Positions 60,245 to 64,000 of a stretch of DNA of 64,000 nucleotides are shown here, piece by piece. Numbering within the stretch: the first letter of the stretch is position 1; every line of letters begins with the position of its first letter. The notes beneath the pieces are model-generated. The model saw only the letters and a list, made by a program, of their open reading frames with translations, had not been told where the DNA came from and ran no database searches. Origin of the DNA: Haliotis cracherodii (lineage: Eukaryota); the NCBI RefSeq assembly GCF_022045235.1, contig NW_027266286.1, forward strand, positions 44,144,001 to 44,208,000. The letters are read 5' to 3'. The translations under genes were made by a program, and so were the position numbers.

Positions 60245-61535
60245 CCCTCGTTATGTGCGGGGATAATGCCACTAATTATCGTGTTTCTAGCTAACGTGGA
60301 TGTTAACCAAATTATTTTAATACAATCGTTTTTCCAAAACGATTGTCGGATCCTCCAGTTCCTCAGTATTCAGTCTTCAGGCGTACTCACAATATAAGAC
60401 AAAGCTACCCAGACAGTGTAATGTGTGCGTCTGGAAACCTACCATTTACCTTGGGCTTATATGAGACACACATAATCATTAACTAGATTTCAAAATCTTT
60501 ATCTTTTTAATATACTACGACCCATGCCGAGGAGTAAAGAATACGTACAAGACAAATGATTAAATAATCTAGCTAAAGTACCCTCCTTTGTCAATAATCA
60601 ATAAAGTCGCTATCGATGAATCATAGCCACGTAACGATAAAACAAATAATATATAATATACTATATATATTAACCAGATGTATATTACAGTTGATAATAT
60701 TTTTTAAATGTTAATATTTGTCTGCTTTGATACAATCATATACTTACAAAACATGGGTACTTCTTAATTTTATTATTTTGATTTACACGAGGCGTGTAAT
60801 GAAAATGAGAGCATTAATTTGACAATCTATACACAACAATTATTCTACAATGCTGGGATAGATTATTTATGTGTTCTTTCAACATGACAGGATGTTGTGT
60901 GTGAGATACATGATTACGAACTTGAAAATTTAAGATGTTGCTACCCGAACCTCCATTCATTTTATGTATATCAGATCCTGATAAATTCAAGCCGGAAAAA
61001 TTAATCACCTTGTGTGACTACAGATAATGCCGGGGACAATTAATGGTGACATGCACTTATCTCAAAGGCAAATATTGATTCTTTCGGTGATTTACCTCCG
61101 CCAAGACAAATAGGATTATATTTACCATTCAAGGAAATATTGATTGAAAACCAGTGATCAGTTAATTGGAGATTAACTAGGTATACTGTTAATAGCCATC
61201 TCAGCATGATCCCAAATATTGTCTGAAATATTTTTCACAACACAGTAGTCACATAGGTGACAGTTACTAACATGTATTTACTCCTAATCGTTGACTGATA
61301 ATATAGCCCGTGTTGCGAAGATAGAGCGTCAACCTTATCAAGCCATGGATTTCACATGTTATCAATGCTGTGAGGTATTGTCCCCTCAAGTACCTATTAT
61401 CGTTCACTGAATGACATCTGTGAGTGTTCTTGGGCAATAACGTTCTTGACATTAATCCTACATGTATGTGACGACTGATAAATGTTATTCCAAAAATATA
61501 TAAAAATCACCTCTGTAAATTAGTTTGCCGTACCA

Positions 61536-61812
61536 AGGGCACGGGTGGCCGAGTCTTCTAAGGCGGCGCGAATCGCTGAGCAGAGTTGTGTCCCTTGGGC
61601 ACGCCAGAAACCTATGATTTAGGTTCGAATCCCGGTTCGCCCCGATTATGTTTCTTGGTTTGTCAGCACCATACCCGTGCTCGTAGGGTTCACCGAAGCG
61701 GTAAACGTCTGAGACCTGCATCACTTCGGGTTTTCCTCCCACATTAAGCTGACACGCCGTGATATAACTGGAATAATGTTAAAAGCGGCGTTAAACCCAA
61801 CTCACTCACTCA
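61536..61812 (+). mobile_element. SINE family A copy
   Basis: Full length, with TSD TAGTTTGCC(G)TACCA. Confidence 0.9.
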
Positions 61813-62524
61813 CTAGTTTGCCTACCAGCATGACGTGCAGTCTCAAGTAACAGTTCAAAAGATAAAAGCAAGATATGTTAAACATACTTTTTTGATTTTT
61901 AAACCCCGAGCTATATATTATTACAAACACGTCGGACACCTGCACATGCGATAAGAAATATTTTAACCAGAAGTGTGACGCTGTTTGAATCGAAATCATC
62001 AATATGACTTATTTTCATGTACATGTTCACGTGGTCTGGAGTTGCACTCTGTGTCCGCTAATTGACTTGGATTCTCCTTCAGAACGTATATATATGATCA
62101 TGAGGCAAGGTGAGGTGAGGTGAAATGGGATTTAATGTCGCGTTCAAGATTATTGCACTTTTATAGCTACTGTGTGGCTACTTGTACCAGCCCGAACCCA
62201 AGCCGGTTTTATAGTGCTAGCCCATTGAGACACCATGCCGCGGTTTAACATGGATACCCAACTCAGCCACGGTATATAGACTTGGTTTATCCCTGGATGC
62301 CGAGCACCAGGCATGGTAACAACAAGTACCATCTTTAACGTCTTTTTGGTATGTCCCGGCCAGGGGATCGAACCCCGACATCCCCCCCCTTCCCTGACAG
62401 ACGCTCTTTTCACTAGAGCATGGAGGTGGTTCATGTATATATGAATGTACTCGTAGGGATAGGGGTGTGTTGTGTGACTGGTGGGCGTATTGAACATGCC
62501 TCGTGGTATGCAATTTCTGGCCTG

Positions 62525-62830
62525 TGAGTGAGTGAGGGAGTGAGTAAGTGAGTGAGTGAGTGAGTTGGGGTTACCGCCGCTTTTAACAGTATTCCAGTTA
62601 TATCGCGACGTGTCAGCTTAATGTGGGGGGAAAGCCCGAAGTGATGCAGACCTTAGACGTTTACCACTTCGGTGAAACCCACGAGCACGGATATGGTGCT
62701 GACAAACCTAGAAACATAATCGGGGAGAACCGGGATTCGAACCCACAATCTTAGGTTTCTGGCATGCCCAAGGGACGCAACTCTGCACAGCGAATCGCGG
62801 CGCCTTAGACGACTGGGCCACCCGTGCCCC
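62525..62830 (-). mobile_element. SINE family A copy
   Basis: Full length, with TSD TTCTGGCCTGTGA. Confidence 0.9.
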
Positions 62831-63351
62831 TTCTGGCCTGTGACCTTATGCTTTAAAGCCGCTTTGTATATAACACCTATATAGCAACGCGTTGCTACAA
62901 GCCCTTGTGGCCAGGCAAATTCGATAAGATACCAAATTTAAATGTGCTATGTAATATGAGTGTTTTATCGCGCGGCCTGACCACCAGTTGAGTAATTCTG
63001 TGTAGATTTGCGTCTATTAGTTACCGAATCCGATAATCCTGGGTTCGAATCCCGGATTCGTCCTGAGTATGATTCTGCTTTGTCAGCACCCTTGCCTCAC
63101 CACCAAAAGGGTAAACGTCTTGTACCTGTATCACTTTGTGAGTTTTCAAATCAAATAATGCGGCCACACCGCGATATAACTGAAGTGTTGTTCAATCACT
63201 CACTATGGTATAGGCTAACAATACCAGTTGGATACCCGACAACTATATCCCAATATATATTTTTCCCGATTATTATAGGATTTATCAGCGTTTATCATTT
63301 TGGTTTTATATGTATAAGTATATGTGCGTACGTGAGTGAAAGCTTGGGAGT

Positions 63352-63633
63352 GTGAGTGAGTGAGAGTTTGGTTAAATGCCGCTTTTAACAGTATTCCAGT
63401 TATATCGCGGCGTGTCAGCTTAATGTGGGAGGAAAGCCCAAAGTAATGCAGCTCTCAGACGCTCACCACTTCGCTGAAACCAACGACCACGGGTATGGTG
63501 CTGACAAACATAGAAACATAAACGGGGCGAACTGGGATTCGAACCCACAATCATAGGTTTCTGGCGTGCCTAAGGGGCGTAACTCTGCACAACGAATCGC
63601 GCCGCCTTAGACGACTGTGCCACCCGTGCCCCC
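63352..63633 (-). mobile_element. SINE family A copy
   Basis: Full length, with TSD TGAAAGCTYGGGA. Older degenerate copies lie at ~5195-5368, 47790-48022, 57050-57252 and 63030-63200. Confidence 0.88.
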
Positions 63634-64000
63634 TGAAAGCTCGGGAACCTTTATCCGCCATGGTCGCCAATATTCCTACTGCACTATGGCCAATGGACAA
63701 TCTAGCGTTCGTCAGTTATATTAGGGTTACAGGGGCAACGATTCACACAGTCGAGACACCAAGATTCACAATCTACCAGGTTACTCAACGTAATCACTTG
63801 TTATCTAAAGACAACCAATGGGGGTTACTGGAGGCATATTCTGCCACATGTGGAATTAATATTTGCAGATATACTATGCATGCCGTATAATGTATTAGTA
63901 ACAAGCAGGATATGTGTTTGACTAGAAAGCATTTCGTGACGTGAGACAAATATGGGTGTGCTTCAACGCATGTGTATACAAATACTTGTTCAGTGTCCAG

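Noticed and set aside
1-64000. Hammerhead ribozymes, and the remaining 60-130 aa ORFs of the track
   Set aside because: The CTGATGA occurrences I checked lack the flanking stems and GAAA core. The short ORFs fall in SINEs, introns or the antisense strand of real exons.

Overview
AT-rich, intron-containing animal genomic DNA. The SINE families and gene content suggest a mollusc, probably a gastropod such as abalone (inference). Most short ORFs in the supplied track are noise. I rebuilt the real genes by hand from GT-AG splice sites with consistent phases. Three spliced genes are intact: an ODF3/CIMAP1-type PGP-repeat ciliary protein (minus, 5 coding exons, 252 aa), a tandem-CBM20 protein with a C-terminal hydrophobic tail (minus, 3 exons, 329 aa, with CLEAR/CRE motifs just upstream), and mitochondrial tryptophanyl-tRNA synthetase WARS2 (plus, 7 exons, 370 aa). 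At 45.7-60.2 kb, two intact single-exon orphan ORFs share N- and C-terminal motifs. Two or three decayed paralogues and an IgGFc-binding-domain exon lie between them. The repeats comprise four SINE families with related 3' tails, two ~5-kb non-autonomous CMC/EnSpm-like DNA transposons carrying decayed DUF4806-like genes on either side of WARS2 exon 1, several MITEs (one with an unusually long 12-14 bp TSD), Tc1 and Penelope-like fragments, and two minisatellites that appear to have grown out of SINE copies. Family names come from motif recognition, not from database searches.
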